From positions 2,032 through 66,031 of the forward strand of contig JASJBE010000003.1 of the NCBI GenBank assembly GCA_030066655.1: a stretch of DNA of 64,000 nucleotides, in the 5' to 3' direction. The stretch comes from Woeseiaceae bacterium. GTDB taxonomy: Bacteria > Pseudomonadota > Gammaproteobacteria > Steroidobacterales > Woeseiaceae. The notes under the pieces were generated by a model. That model was not told where the DNA came from. It was given only the letters and a program-made list of their open reading frames with translations, and did no database searches. Every line of letters begins with the position of its first letter. Positions within the stretch are counted from its first letter, which is position 1. The position numbers were made by a program, and so were the translations under genes. This document shows positions 48,138 through 57,999 of this stretch, one piece after another.

Positions 48138-50879
48138 TCAGCCGGTGTTCTGCAGGCCGCTGGCGATACCATTGATCGATGCGAGCAACGCTTCCAGCAC
48201 GGCGTCATCCTTTCTGTCCGACTCCCGCCAGCGCTGCAACAGGTCGACCTGCAACAGGCTCATCGGGTCGACGTAGGGATTTCTCAGCATGATCGCTCGT
48301 TGCAGGAACGAATCCTCGGCGAGGATGCTGTCCTGGCCCGAGTAGTCCAGCAGTAGCTTTATCGTAAGCTTCAGTTCGTTCTCGATGATCGGGAAGAACC
48401 GGTCGTGCAGCGGACCGGCCAGGACGGAATACAGCTTCGAGATCCCGAGGTCAGACTTGGCGATGACCATTTCGGCATCCGCCCGCAGCGAACGCGTGTA
48501 GTACCAGTCCGTGAACATCTCGCGGAACGCTTCGTCGTCGAACTGTTCCGCAGCTCGGGCGATACCGGTCCCGAGCCCGTACCATCCCGGCAACAGGAAG
48601 CGAGACTGCGACCACGCGAAGACCCAGGGAATCGCTCGCAGGTCCTCGACGCCCTGCTGGCTGCGCCGCGAGGCGGGGCGCGAGCCAATACGCATGCGTT
48701 CGATGACGTCGATCGGCGTCGCCAGCCGGAAGTACTCGTAAAAGTCGGGAGTCTCGTAGACGAGCTCGCGGTAGACTTCGCGGCTCTCCGCCGCGATCAC
48801 GTCCATCATCTCGTGCCATTCCGGCTTCTCGCTGCCCTTGTGTTTCGGGAGCGCCGTCGCCAACGCCACCGAGCCGATAACCTGCTCGAGGTTCCTGAGC
48901 GCGATGCCGCGCAGGCCGTATTTCTCGTTGATGATTTCGCCCTGCTCGGTCACGCGCAGGTTGCCATTGACGGTGCCCGGCGGCGATCCGAGCACAGCCG
49001 AGTGGGTCTTGCTGCCGCCGCGACTGATCGTGCCGCCGCGGCCGTGGAACAGCGTCAGCGACACGCCCTGCGACCCGACAGCGTCCACGAGCTTGACCTG
49101 CGCGTTCTGCAACGCCCAGCGAGCAGACGCCAGGCCTCCGTCCTTGTTGCTGTCCGAATAGCCGATCATGACCATCTGCTGGTTGTCGCGTGTCGCGAGG
49201 TGCTTGCGGTAGAACTCGGAGGACAACAGTGTCTCGAGGATCTCCGGGCCGTTGTCGAGGTCGTCCACAGTCTCCAGGAGCGGGGCAACATCAATCGCGA
49301 TGTGACCGCGTCGATCCTGCAGCTCGGCCAGTTCGGCCAGCAACAGGACGGACAGCACATCGTCGGCGCCTTTGGTCATGCTGATGATGAACGGCCCAAT
49401 CGCCTTCGGCCCGTATTTTCTGCGACAGAATCCGATGGCCTGGAATACCGCGATCGTCTTGCGCGCCTGCGTACTGAGTTGTTGCGGCAGGCCCTCCCTC
49501 GACTCGATCGCTTCGATGATCCTGTCTGACCGCACCGCCGGATCCAGTTCTTCCCAGTTCTCCTCGCCAAGGCATTCACCGACGACCTGTCGATGCACCA
49601 GCGCATCCTGGCGTACGTCGAGCGTTACGAGGTGGAAGCCATAGGTATCGATACGTCGCATCAGTCGCTTGACGGCGAACAGGCCCCCGTGCTCGCCACG
49701 ATTCGCGCGCAGGCTATCGGCGATGATGGCGATATCGTCGCGTAACTCGTGAACGTCTTCATACGGGAAGATGTCGTCGTCGAAGGTCGACTGCAGACGT
49801 TGCTGGACCAGCCGCAGCAGCACGCGATAAGGCATATCGCGATGTCGCGCCGGGACGGCGTGATACGCATTCTGGAATATGTGGCGATATTCCTCGATCC
49901 TGTCCAGGACCGCCTGGTTGACGGTCACTCGGGGCGTCGACTGGCTGAGCTTCGTCGACAACTGCCCGCACTCGGTAAAATAAAGGTTCAGTGCGAGGGA
50001 ACGCTGCCGCGCCAGCGTCTCGCGAATCGTCTTCGCATTGACGTTCGGGTTGCCGTCCATGTCGCCGCCGACCCACGAGGCGAAGCGCAGCAGGTCCGGC
50101 AAAACGACCTTCCGGCCCTCTTCGCCGTAAATCTCGACGATGGCCGCCCTGAGATTCTCATACAGCGGTGGCGTCGCGCGGTACAAAACGTCGGTGACGA
50201 AGAACAGCACGTGCTCGAGTTCGTCCGCGACGGTCATGCGCTCGCTCGGGTGTTCCTCGGTCTGCCAGCCCGTCGTGACCAGCAGGCGAATATTCTGCAG
50301 CGCCGCGTTGCGCTCCTGCGGCGTCATCGTCGGATTCAGCAGGTCGATCAGGTGACGAACGATCTTCTGTTCTTTCCTCAGGATCGTCCGCCGGGTCGGC
50401 TCGGTCGGATGCGCCGTGAACACCGGCTCGACGAGGATTCCGTTCAGCAGCTCCTGCAAGCCGTCGAGCGTCATGCCGTTGGCTTTCAGTTTCTGCAGCG
50501 TCTCCTCGAGTCCGCCGGGCTGGAATTCACCGACATCGAGCAGGTACTCGCGACGCCGGCGGATTCGATGCACCTTCTCGGCCACGTTGACCATCTGGAA
50601 GTAGGTCGAGAAGCTGCGAATCACCTCAAGAGCGAGCTCGGCGCTGATGCCGTGGACCAGTGCGGACAGCTCTTCACCCTCGCGTTCGTCGCCTTCGCGG
50701 CGCCGGATCGCCCGCTGTCGGGCGGTCTCTGCGATCTCGAACAGTTCCTCGCCGCCCTGCTCGCGAATCAACTGGCCGACAAGGTTGCCCAGTGTCCGGA
50801 CGTCTTCGCGGAGCGCGCGGTCCTTGTCCTCGAACGCGAGGTCGACCCGACGCAGCGCTTTGGTGATACCGGTAGTCAT
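48138..50879 (-). CDS. ppc: Phosphoenolpyruvate carboxylase
   Basis: VFTAHPTE and GYSDSNKDGG motifs and the C-terminal GLQNTG; 913 aa. Confidence 0.95.
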   Translation of the reverse strand: MTTGITKALRRVDLAFEDKDRALREDVRTLGNLVGQLIREQGGEELFEIAETARQRAIRRREGDEREGEELSALVHGISAELALEVIRSFSTYFQMVNVAEKVHRIRRRREYLLDVGEFQPGGLEETLQKLKANGMTLDGLQELLNGILVEPVFTAHPTEPTRRTILRKEQKIVRHLIDLLNPTMTPQERNAALQNIRLLVTTGWQTEEHPSERMTVADELEHVLFFVTDVLYRATPPLYENLRAAIVEIYGEEGRKVVLPDLLRFASWVGGDMDGNPNVNAKTIRETLARQRSLALNLYFTECGQLSTKLSQSTPRVTVNQAVLDRIEEYRHIFQNAYHAVPARHRDMPYRVLLRLVQQRLQSTFDDDIFPYEDVHELRDDIAIIADSLRANRGEHGGLFAVKRLMRRIDTYGFHLVTLDVRQDALVHRQVVGECLGEENWEELDPAVRSDRIIEAIESREGLPQQLSTQARKTIAVFQAIGFCRRKYGPKAIGPFIISMTKGADDVLSVLLLAELAELQDRRGHIAIDVAPLLETVDDLDNGPEILETLLSSEFYRKHLATRDNQQMVMIGYSDSNKDGGLASARWALQNAQVKLVDAVGSQGVSLTLFHGRGGTISRGGSKTHSAVLGSPPGTVNGNLRVTEQGEIINEKYGLRGIALRNLEQVIGSVALATALPKHKGSEKPEWHEMMDVIAAESREVYRELVYETPDFYEYFRLATPIDVIERMRIGSRPASRRSQQGVEDLRAIPWVFAWSQSRFLLPGWYGLGTGIARAAEQFDDEAFREMFTDWYYTRSLRADAEMVIAKSDLGISKLYSVLAGPLHDRFFPIIENELKLTIKLLLDYSGQDSILAEDSFLQRAIMLRNPYVDPMSLLQVDLLQRWRESDRKDDAVLEALLASINGIASGLQNTG

Positions 50880-50883
50880 AGGT

Positions 50884-51366
50884 CTAGTCGCGAAAGTTCT
50901 CGTACTGAAGCGGAAGATCGACGTCAGCTTCCTTCAGCATCCTGATCGTCGACTGCAGGTCGTCGCGCTTCTTGCCGCTGATTCTCAGTTTATCGCCCTG
51001 GATAGCCGCCTGGACCTTGATCTTGCTGCCTTTCACCATCTTGACCAGCTTGCGGGCCAGGTCTGTGTCGATGCCGCGACGGAGGATGACGGTCTTCCTG
51101 GCCTCCTGGCCACTCAGCTCGACTTCCTCCTCGTCGATGCAGGCGATGTCGATGCCGCGTTTAGACAGCTTCTGCCTGAGGATGTCCATCATCTGGTCCA
51201 GCTGGAACTCACTCTGCGAGGTCAGTCGGATGGCCTGCTCTTCAAGCTCGTACTTTGAACCCGTGCCCTTGAAGTCGAAACGCGTATTGACTTCGCGGTT
51301 CGCCTGGTCGACGGCGTTACTCGCCTCGTGCGAATCGAAATCGCTGACAACATCGAATGAGGGCAA
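50884..51366 (-). CDS. yajQ: YajQ family nucleotide (cyclic di-GMP)-binding protein
   Basis: MPSFDVVS N-terminus; 160 aa. Confidence 0.88.
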   Translation of the reverse strand: MPSFDVVSDFDSHEASNAVDQANREVNTRFDFKGTGSKYELEEQAIRLTSQSEFQLDQMMDILRQKLSKRGIDIACIDEEEVELSGQEARKTVILRRGIDTDLARKLVKMVKGSKIKVQAAIQGDKLRISGKKRDDLQSTIRMLKEADVDLPLQYENFRD

Positions 51367-51410
51367 TGGAAGCCTCCCGCCTAAGATCCTGACTACAGTT
51401 TAGACCGAAA

Positions 51411-51728
51411 TCAGGAAGATTTGAGCCTTGCCTTGACGAGTTCCTGGAAACGCGGCGTCAGGCCCGCGTCTTCGAAGACCGGGTCGCCGAAGTCATCTTC
51501 ACGGATGATCTTGTCGCCGGGCTCGTAGGGCATCTCGGCCTGTAGCTGGATCAGCGAGGTCGACAGCAGGTCGCTGATGATCCTCTCTACGGACATGCCG
51601 GGAAACAGGTCGGACAGCGCCGCGATCCTCGCGGCATCTTCAACGGTCAGGTGAATCTCGTAGGTTTTTCGCGTCTTCGGCGGTGGCTTGCTGGCAGACC
51701 ATGTGTCGAGTAAGGCTTTGAATGTCAT
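51411..51728 (-). CDS. Hypothetical protein, possible ribbon-helix-helix-like N-terminal half
   Basis: 105 aa. TYEIHLTVEDAARIAALSDLFPGMSVERIISDLL has a strand-helix-helix pattern. The fold assignment is inference. Confidence 0.5.
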   Translation of the reverse strand: MTFKALLDTWSASKPPPKTRKTYEIHLTVEDAARIAALSDLFPGMSVERIISDLLSTSLIQLQAEMPYEPGDKIIREDDFGDPVFEDAGLTPRFQELVKARLKSS

Positions 51729-51835
51729 CGTCCTGCGCTCCGGACCGCCAGTGCGGGTCCGACGATAGCAAAATCTCCCGGCACTGCCCAGATACCGCCG
51801 CAGCCAGTCGCGTCAAGCTTCTCCACACTCCAAGG

Positions 51836-52864
51836 ATGAACTGGCAAGCATCAAGCGCGGGCGACGAGGCCGCCACATCCAACCGCGGCGGTGGCTTCTG
51901 CCCGCGCAACTCGCCGGTCGCGCTGCGGCTGGTCGCAGATCGCGTCCTCGCGACGCCCGCGTCCGTGGTTCGCCACACAGACCGCCTGCTCGTGATCGCG
52001 TCGACCACCCGTCACCTGAGCATCCTGATCGAAGGCTCGACCGCGAAGCGCCATCGGCTGGCCGACCATCTGAACAACGTCTTGCAGGGCGACGCCGGCG
52101 CACTGCGGGTCTCGACCGAGCCGCAGGCAGCCAGCGATGTGCTGCCTCGCTGTCCGTTGCTGTCCATCGAGCGCGGTGACTGCGAATGGTCCCGCTCACG
52201 GCTCAGCGTGCCGCCGGAGACGGCCTGGTTTCCCGAAAGACTGGTGCTTACCGAATACCTGTCCGGCGAAGGCGTCCTGGATCGTCAACGCATAGCCGAC
52301 GCGATTGATCGCATCGTGGATGCCGCAGAAGCCTGCTTCGATACGGCGCGATGGCCAACGCCCGGCATGCAGCAGGACGCCTGGATGAACCGCCGGCTCG
52401 CGGTCAGCATCGCCGGATACCCGGTGCTGCACGAGCAGCATCGCTACACGCTGTCTGCTCTGCACCAGCTGACTGGTTGGGTCAGCGCCCGGTTGCAGGC
52501 CCGGTCGATGTGGCAAGCGTCGCGACGACGCCCGCTGCCGGCGATACTCGGCGCAGATCCCACACGCGGCATGCCGGGCGGAGAGCTCAAGGACGAGTGG
52601 CTGCGACGCTGGCAGGGCGCCGTGGACTCGACGGCCGTGCGTCATCGCAACCTGCTGGCGCTGGAGGTCGATTCGCTCGTGTATCGCAGCGCGGCTAACG
52701 GGCGTCTCAACACAGACCTGCTGCCCCTCATCGTCCATGCCGACGTCACGAGTGCCTCCTGTTCGTTGTCGCTGACAGAGGATGAGCGCCACAATCTGAC
52801 GCAGAGCGTTCAGGCTTCCCTACAACAAAGGCATGCACTTGACCAGATTGCGAAGCACGTCTGA
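51836..52864 (+). CDS. Hypothetical protein (342 aa), unknown function
   Basis: Strong G/C third-position bias in this frame supports coding. The start is uncertain (ATG 51836 within track ORF 51722..52864). I recognise no family. Confidence 0.5.
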   Translation: MNWQASSAGDEAATSNRGGGFCPRNSPVALRLVADRVLATPASVVRHTDRLLVIASTTRHLSILIEGSTAKRHRLADHLNNVLQGDAGALRVSTEPQAASDVLPRCPLLSIERGDCEWSRSRLSVPPETAWFPERLVLTEYLSGEGVLDRQRIADAIDRIVDAAEACFDTARWPTPGMQQDAWMNRRLAVSIAGYPVLHEQHRYTLSALHQLTGWVSARLQARSMWQASRRRPLPAILGADPTRGMPGGELKDEWLRRWQGAVDSTAVRHRNLLALEVDSLVYRSAANGRLNTDLLPLIVHADVTSASCSLSLTEDERHNLTQSVQASLQQRHALDQIAKHV

Positions 52865-52917
52865 GTTGCGATACGGTCGAAAATCGATCGACGAAAAAGC
52901 GCGCTCTCAGCCGGCGC

Positions 52918-54774
52918 GTGTTTCAGGAGGGCGGGTTGCAAGCAGCGGCAATCGATGTTCACGGCATAGCGGTTCTCATTCTGACGATCGTCGCCCTGTT
53001 CCTGTTTACGCGTGACCAGATCCCACTGGAGTCTTCGGCGCTCGCCGTACTGATCGTTCTCGTCGCGGGCTTCCAGCTGTTTCCTTATGAAAGGGCCGGC
53101 GAGGTCCTTATCGGCCCCAAAGACTTCTTCGCGGGTTTCGGCAACGAAGCGCTGATCACGATCTGCGCCTTGATGATGGTCGGCAAGGCCCTGGAAACCA
53201 CGGGCGCGCTGCAGCCGTTAGCGACCTATGTTGGCAGGGCGTGGTCGAAGACGCCGGTACTCGCCTTCATATCGACGCTGGTTGCCGGTGCGGTGCTTAG
53301 CGCCTTCATGAACAACACGCCAATCGTCGTGCTGCTGATGCCGATCCTGGTTGGCGCGTCGCTGCGCTCCAAGTTCCCTGTGTCAGGCGTCATGATGCCA
53401 ATGGGTCTCGCGACGATCATCGGCGGCATGTCGACATCGATCGGTACGTCGACGAACCTGCTCGTCGTCGGTATTGCGCAGGACCTCGGGCATCCGCAAT
53501 TCGGTGTCTTCGACTGGGTATTGCCCGTCGCCATTGTCGGCGGTTTCGGCATCGTGTTCCTGTGGCTGATCGCGCCGCGGATGCTGCCGGACCGTACGCC
53601 GCCGATGGCAGACACGAGCCCGCGCGTGTTCAGCGCGCAGATGCACGTGAAGGAGGACAGCTTTGCGGCGGGCAAGACGCTGTCCGAGGTATTGGCCAAG
53701 GCCGACGGCAACATGCGCATCGACAAGATCCAGCGCAGCGAGTCGCTGTTCCTGACCAAGCTGCCATCGGTCGTCATACAGCCGGGCGACCGACTGTTCG
53801 TCAAGGACACGCCGGATAACCTGAAACACTACGAGAGCGTGCTCGGCACAACGCTGTACAACGTGTCCGACAACGAGCACCCGATCGATGAGGACACGCC
53901 GCTGGACTCCGCTGGCCAGCAGCTGGCCGAGGTCGTCGTGACCCGCGGCTCGCCGCTGCACCAGAAGACGCTGACCGCCGCGCGATTCAGCGCGAGCACC
54001 GGGCTGATGCCGCTCGCGCTGCACCGCGCTCGAGCGCCGAGCTCGCAGATCACGAGCGAACTGAACTCGATCCGCCTGCGAGCGGGTGACGTCCTGCTCG
54101 TGCAGGGTTCGCGTGACTCGATTACCAAACTCAAGGACAGCGGCACGATGCTCGTGCTCGACGGCACGACGGACCTGCCGCACACGCAGAAGGCAAAGCG
54201 GGCGCTCGCCATCATGGCACTGGTCGTCGGAGCGGCGGCCACCGGCCTGACACCGATCTCGGTCAGCGCCGTCATCGGCCTCGGCCTGATGATCGCAACC
54301 GGCTGCCTCGGTTGGCGGGATGCGACCAATGCGCTGTCGATCCCGGTGGTCATGATCATCGTCGCGAGCCTTGCGCTCGGTAAGGCGCTGCTCGGTACCG
54401 GCATGGCGGATTACCTGGCGATGAACTTCGTCGCGGCAACGTCAGCGCTGCCGGTGCCGATGATCCTGAGCGCGTTCCTGTTGCTGATGGCGATCATCAC
54501 GAACCTCGTGTCGAACAACGCCGCGGCGGCCATCGGTACGCCGATTGCGATCGGGATCGCGGCGCAGCTCGGTGTCAGCCCGGACCCGTTTATTCTCGCC
54601 GTGCTGTTCGGGGCCAATATGAGCTTCGCGACGCCCTACGGTTACCAGACCAACCTGCTGATCTTCAGCGCCGGTGGCTACTCCTTTAACGACTTCCTGC
54701 GCGTCGGGATTCCGCTGACCATAATCATGTGGATCGGCTTTTCGCTGATCCTGCCTGTCATGTATGGCCTTTGA
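52918..54774 (+). CDS. SLC13/DASS-family permease with central TrkA-C (RCK_C) domains
   Basis: Two hydrophobic halves flank a ~200-aa soluble insert with GDRLFV... and GDVLLVQGS motifs typical of TrkA-C domains. Confidence 0.8.
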   Translation: MFQEGGLQAAAIDVHGIAVLILTIVALFLFTRDQIPLESSALAVLIVLVAGFQLFPYERAGEVLIGPKDFFAGFGNEALITICALMMVGKALETTGALQPLATYVGRAWSKTPVLAFISTLVAGAVLSAFMNNTPIVVLLMPILVGASLRSKFPVSGVMMPMGLATIIGGMSTSIGTSTNLLVVGIAQDLGHPQFGVFDWVLPVAIVGGFGIVFLWLIAPRMLPDRTPPMADTSPRVFSAQMHVKEDSFAAGKTLSEVLAKADGNMRIDKIQRSESLFLTKLPSVVIQPGDRLFVKDTPDNLKHYESVLGTTLYNVSDNEHPIDEDTPLDSAGQQLAEVVVTRGSPLHQKTLTAARFSASTGLMPLALHRARAPSSQITSELNSIRLRAGDVLLVQGSRDSITKLKDSGTMLVLDGTTDLPHTQKAKRALAIMALVVGAAATGLTPISVSAVIGLGLMIATGCLGWRDATNALSIPVVMIIVASLALGKALLGTGMADYLAMNFVAATSALPVPMILSAFLLLMAIITNLVSNNAAAAIGTPIAIGIAAQLGVSPDPFILAVLFGANMSFATPYGYQTNLLIFSAGGYSFNDFLRVGIPLTIIMWIGFSLILPVMYGL

Positions 54775-54834
54775 GCCGGCGCGATCGCGACGCCTGCGCT
54801 TGACGCTGGAACGACCAGCCGGTAAAAGAAAGGC

Positions 54835-54897
54835 CATGAACGCTCTGCACAACAGCAAGTGGTGGTGGCTGCCCGTCAAGGAGAGGGCGGCTGACTA
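54835..54897 (+). CDS. trpL: trp operon leader peptide (20 aa, three consecutive Trp codons)
   Basis: MNALHNSKWWWLPVKERAAD, with TGG TGG TGG at 54859-54867. GAAAGG lies just upstream of ATG 54835, and the ORF is 104 nt upstream of trpE. Confidence 0.8.
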
Positions 54898-54926
54898 GCT
54901 GACGTCTGAGCGAAGGAATATCAGAA

Positions 54927-54960
54927 GCCCGTCTCCGCAAACGTGGGGATGGGCTTTTTT
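54927..54960 (+). terminator. trp attenuator (3:4 terminator hairpin plus U6)
   Basis: gcccgtctcc (54927-54936) pairs with ggggatgggc (54945-54954) using two G-U pairs and is followed by TTTTTT. Alternative 2:3 pairing: ggagagggc (54879-54887) with 54927-54936. 1:2 pairing: ctgccc (54868-54873) with gggcgg (54884-54889). Confidence 0.75.
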
Positions 54961-55001
54961 AATGACTGTTATATGGCTGGAAAAGGATAGCTGGAAACCT
55001 G

Positions 55002-56387
55002 ATGCAAGCACCTTTCGACATCGCGGCCGACCTGGACACGCCGGTCTCCGCCTACCTGAAGCTCAAAGCGCTGAAGCCTCGCTTCCTGCTCGAGAGCGTC
55101 GAGGGCGGAGAGCGACTGGCCCGCTATTCATTCCTCGGTTTCGGCGATTCGGTCGACCTGGTCATGACCGCGGACGGACTGCTGATCGGAGACCAGTCGC
55201 TGCCGCGCCCCACGACCCAGTCGGAGTACCTGGCCGTGCTTCGCGATGCGCTCGAGAAGGCGCCGCGACCGAAACCGGACGTCGAGGGCCTGCCGTTCTC
55301 CGGCGGCCTGGTCGGCGTCTCCGGCTACGATGTCGTGCGCCTGTTCGAGCGCCTGCCGACGCTGACCGCCCCCCAGACCAACGTGCCGGACGCGGCCTTC
55401 TGTGCGCCGTCCTCGTTCCTCGTGTTCGACCACCTGACGCGACGGGTCGCACTGTTGCACGACGGCTCGGAGTCCGAGCGCCAGGCGCTGCGGCGTGAGG
55501 TGATCCGGTTGCTTAACGGCCCGGTCCCGCGCCCGGAAGGTGAGGTCCACATCTCCCCGGTCGAGGCGAGCTTCGACGAAGCCGAATTCTCGGACCGCGT
55601 CAACGCGTGCAAGGAGTACATCGCGTCCGGCGACATCTACCAGATCGTGCTGTCCGTGCTGTTTCGCGGTAAGACCAACGTGTCGCCCTTCGAGGTGTAC
55701 CGGGCGATGCGGCTGATCAACCCGTCGCCCTACATGTTCTTCTTCGACTTCGGCGAGCTGTCCGTCGTCGGCTCCTCGCCGGAGGCGCTGGTGCGGCTGA
55801 ACGGCACCACGGCTTCGCTGCGGCCGATCGCCGGCACCTTGCCACGCGGCAAGACGCCGGAGGAGGACATCGCCAACGAGAAGACGCTGCTGGCCGATCC
55901 CAAAGAAGCGGCCGAGCACGTCATGCTCGTTGACCTGGCTCGCAACGATCTCGGTCGCGTCGCGCGGGCGGGCACGGTGCAGGTCGATCCGTATCGCTCG
56001 ATCGAGCGCTACAGCCACGTCATGCACATCGTCAGCGGAGTGCAGGGCGAGCTCGCGGACGAGTTCGATCAGTTCGACCTGTTCGCCGCGAGCTTCCCGG
56101 CCGGAACGCTGGTCGGCGCACCGAAGGTGCGAGCCATGGAGATCATCGAGGAGATGGAGCAGGTTGGTCGGGGCCTTTATGCTGGCACCGCCGGCTACTT
56201 CGGCGCCAGCGGCGACATGGACCAGGCGATCACGATCCGCACGCTCGTTTTCTCGGGCGACGAGTTCAGTTTTCAGGCCGGCGCCGGTATCGTCGCCGAT
56301 TCCGTTCCGGCGAAGGAGTACCAGGAGGTGCTCGCGAAGAGCGCCATCTTAAGGCGTGCGCTGGAACTCGCAGGAGAAGGACTGTGA
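55002..56387 (+). CDS. trpE: Anthranilate synthase component I
   Basis: LLESVEGGERLARYSF, LVDLARNDLGRV and GAGIVADS motifs. Confidence 0.93.
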   Translation: MQAPFDIAADLDTPVSAYLKLKALKPRFLLESVEGGERLARYSFLGFGDSVDLVMTADGLLIGDQSLPRPTTQSEYLAVLRDALEKAPRPKPDVEGLPFSGGLVGVSGYDVVRLFERLPTLTAPQTNVPDAAFCAPSSFLVFDHLTRRVALLHDGSESERQALRREVIRLLNGPVPRPEGEVHISPVEASFDEAEFSDRVNACKEYIASGDIYQIVLSVLFRGKTNVSPFEVYRAMRLINPSPYMFFFDFGELSVVGSSPEALVRLNGTTASLRPIAGTLPRGKTPEEDIANEKTLLADPKEAAEHVMLVDLARNDLGRVARAGTVQVDPYRSIERYSHVMHIVSGVQGELADEFDQFDLFAASFPAGTLVGAPKVRAMEIIEEMEQVGRGLYAGTAGYFGASGDMDQAITIRTLVFSGDEFSFQAGAGIVADSVPAKEYQEVLAKSAILRRALELAGEGL

Positions 56388-56977
56388 CGGCCGAATTTTC
56401 AAACGTGCGCATGCTGCTGATCGATAACTACGACTCGTTCACCTACAACCTCGTGCAGGCCTTCGCGGCCCTCGGCGCCGAGGTCATCGTGCACCGTAAC
56501 GACAAGATCACCGTCGACGAGGCGCTCGCGATCGAGCCGACGCACCTCGTAATTTCTCCCGGACCCGGCACACCCGACGATGCCGGCGTGTCCCTCGCTA
56601 TGATCGCCGCATTCGAGAAGCGGGTTCCGATCCTCGGAGTCTGCCTCGGGCACCAGTGCCTCGTACAGCACTTCGGCGGCAAGATCGTGCGCGCACCTCG
56701 CCTGATGCACGGCAAGACGTCGATGGCGAGGCACGACGGCAAGACGATCTACGAAGGCTTAAGCGAGCCCTTCGAGGTCGGCCGCTACCACTCGCTGTGC
56801 GCCGAGGCGGAGACCCTGCCGGACGTCTTCGAGCTGACGTCGAAGACGGACCAGGACGAGATCATGGGTGTGCGTCACAAGGAGCTGCCGCTCGAGGGTG
56901 TGCAGTTCCACCCGGAAAGCGTGCTCACGCCCGAGGGCGATGAGCTAATGGCGAACTTCCTGCGGATGAACTCATGA
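56384..56977 (+). CDS. trpG: Anthranilate synthase component II (glutamine amidotransferase)
   Basis: GVCLGHQ catalytic Cys and the HPES motif. 4-nt overlap with trpE. Confidence 0.93.
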   Translation: MTAEFSNVRMLLIDNYDSFTYNLVQAFAALGAEVIVHRNDKITVDEALAIEPTHLVISPGPGTPDDAGVSLAMIAAFEKRVPILGVCLGHQCLVQHFGGKIVRAPRLMHGKTSMARHDGKTIYEGLSEPFEVGRYHSLCAEAETLPDVFELTSKTDQDEIMGVRHKELPLEGVQFHPESVLTPEGDELMANFLRMNS

Positions 56978-57999
56978 GTAAGGAATACAGTGCAATGCTC
57001 GATCGCCTGTTGGACGGCGAATCACTGACGGAGCAGGAGGCCTACGCGCTGATGAACAAGCTCGCCGACGGCGACATGGCGCCGGCCCTGGCCGGCGCGC
57101 TGCTGGCGGGCCTGCGCGCGAAGGGAGAGACGGCCGAAGAGATTCGCGGCTTCGCCAGTGCGATGCGCGAACTCGCCGTGCACCCGGCGATTCCTGAAGG
57201 CCTGCCGACGGTCGACACGGTCGGCACCGGTGGCGACGGCTCCGGCAGCCTGAACCTGTCGACCGGGACCGGACTAGTCGCGGCCGCCTGCGGCGCGCGC
57301 GTCGTCAAACACGGCAACCGCTCGGTATCGAGCCGCTCAGGCAGCGCCGACATGCTCGAGTGTTTGGGCATGCCGCTGCCGCTGAAAGAGGACGCCGCCG
57401 TCACCTGTCTCGAGGCGGTCGGGTTCACGTTCCTGTTCGCCCCGGCCTACCATCCGGCGATGAAGGCGGTCGTGCCGGTGCGGGGTGCGCTCGCAGTACG
57501 CACCGTCTTCAATATGCTCGGGCCGCTGACCAACCCGGCAGCGCCGCCGTTCCAGCTGATCGGCGCATGGAGCGCCGATGCTGCAAGGCTGATGGCCGAT
57601 GCGCTGTCCGGTCTGCCGATCGAGCGGGCCTTCGTTGTTCACGGCGAGCCGGGCTGGGACGAGGCTACTCCGGCCGGCGAGTTCCTGCTGTTCGACGTTC
57701 GACCGGGCGAGGTCACTGAGAGCCGCAGAACGCCGGAGGACTATGGCCTGGCGCGTTGCAGGCCTGAGGATCTGGCCGGCGGGGACGCCGAGCACAACGC
57801 GCGGGAATTTCGTCGCGTCTGTGACGGCGAGGACCGCGGCGCGCACCGCGATGCGCTGCTGATGGGCACGTCGCTGGTGCTGGAGGTGCAGGGCACCGTG
57901 CCCGGCCCGAAGGAGGGCGTCGAGATGGCGGCCGCCGCAATCGATGACGGTCGTGCCGCCGAGCTGCTGAAACGACTGCGAGCGCACTTCGAACACTGA
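56974..57999 (+). CDS. trpD: Anthranilate phosphoribosyltransferase
   Basis: VDTVGTGGDGSGSLN and KHGNRSVSS motifs. Confidence 0.93.
   Translation: MSKEYSAMLDRLLDGESLTEQEAYALMNKLADGDMAPALAGALLAGLRAKGETAEEIRGFASAMRELAVHPAIPEGLPTVDTVGTGGDGSGSLNLSTGTGLVAAACGARVVKHGNRSVSSRSGSADMLECLGMPLPLKEDAAVTCLEAVGFTFLFAPAYHPAMKAVVPVRGALAVRTVFNMLGPLTNPAAPPFQLIGAWSADAARLMADALSGLPIERAFVVHGEPGWDEATPAGEFLLFDVRPGEVTESRRTPEDYGLARCRPEDLAGGDAEHNAREFRRVCDGEDRGAHRDALLMGTSLVLEVQGTVPGPKEGVEMAAAAIDDGRAAELLKRLRAHFEH

Noticed and set aside
54798-54826. A sigma70 promoter TTGACG-17-TAAAAG for the trp operon
   Set aside because: Its predicted transcription start would fall at or after the leader peptide's ribosome-binding site (ATG 54835). 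It cannot serve the leader as positioned, so the real promoter is not identified.
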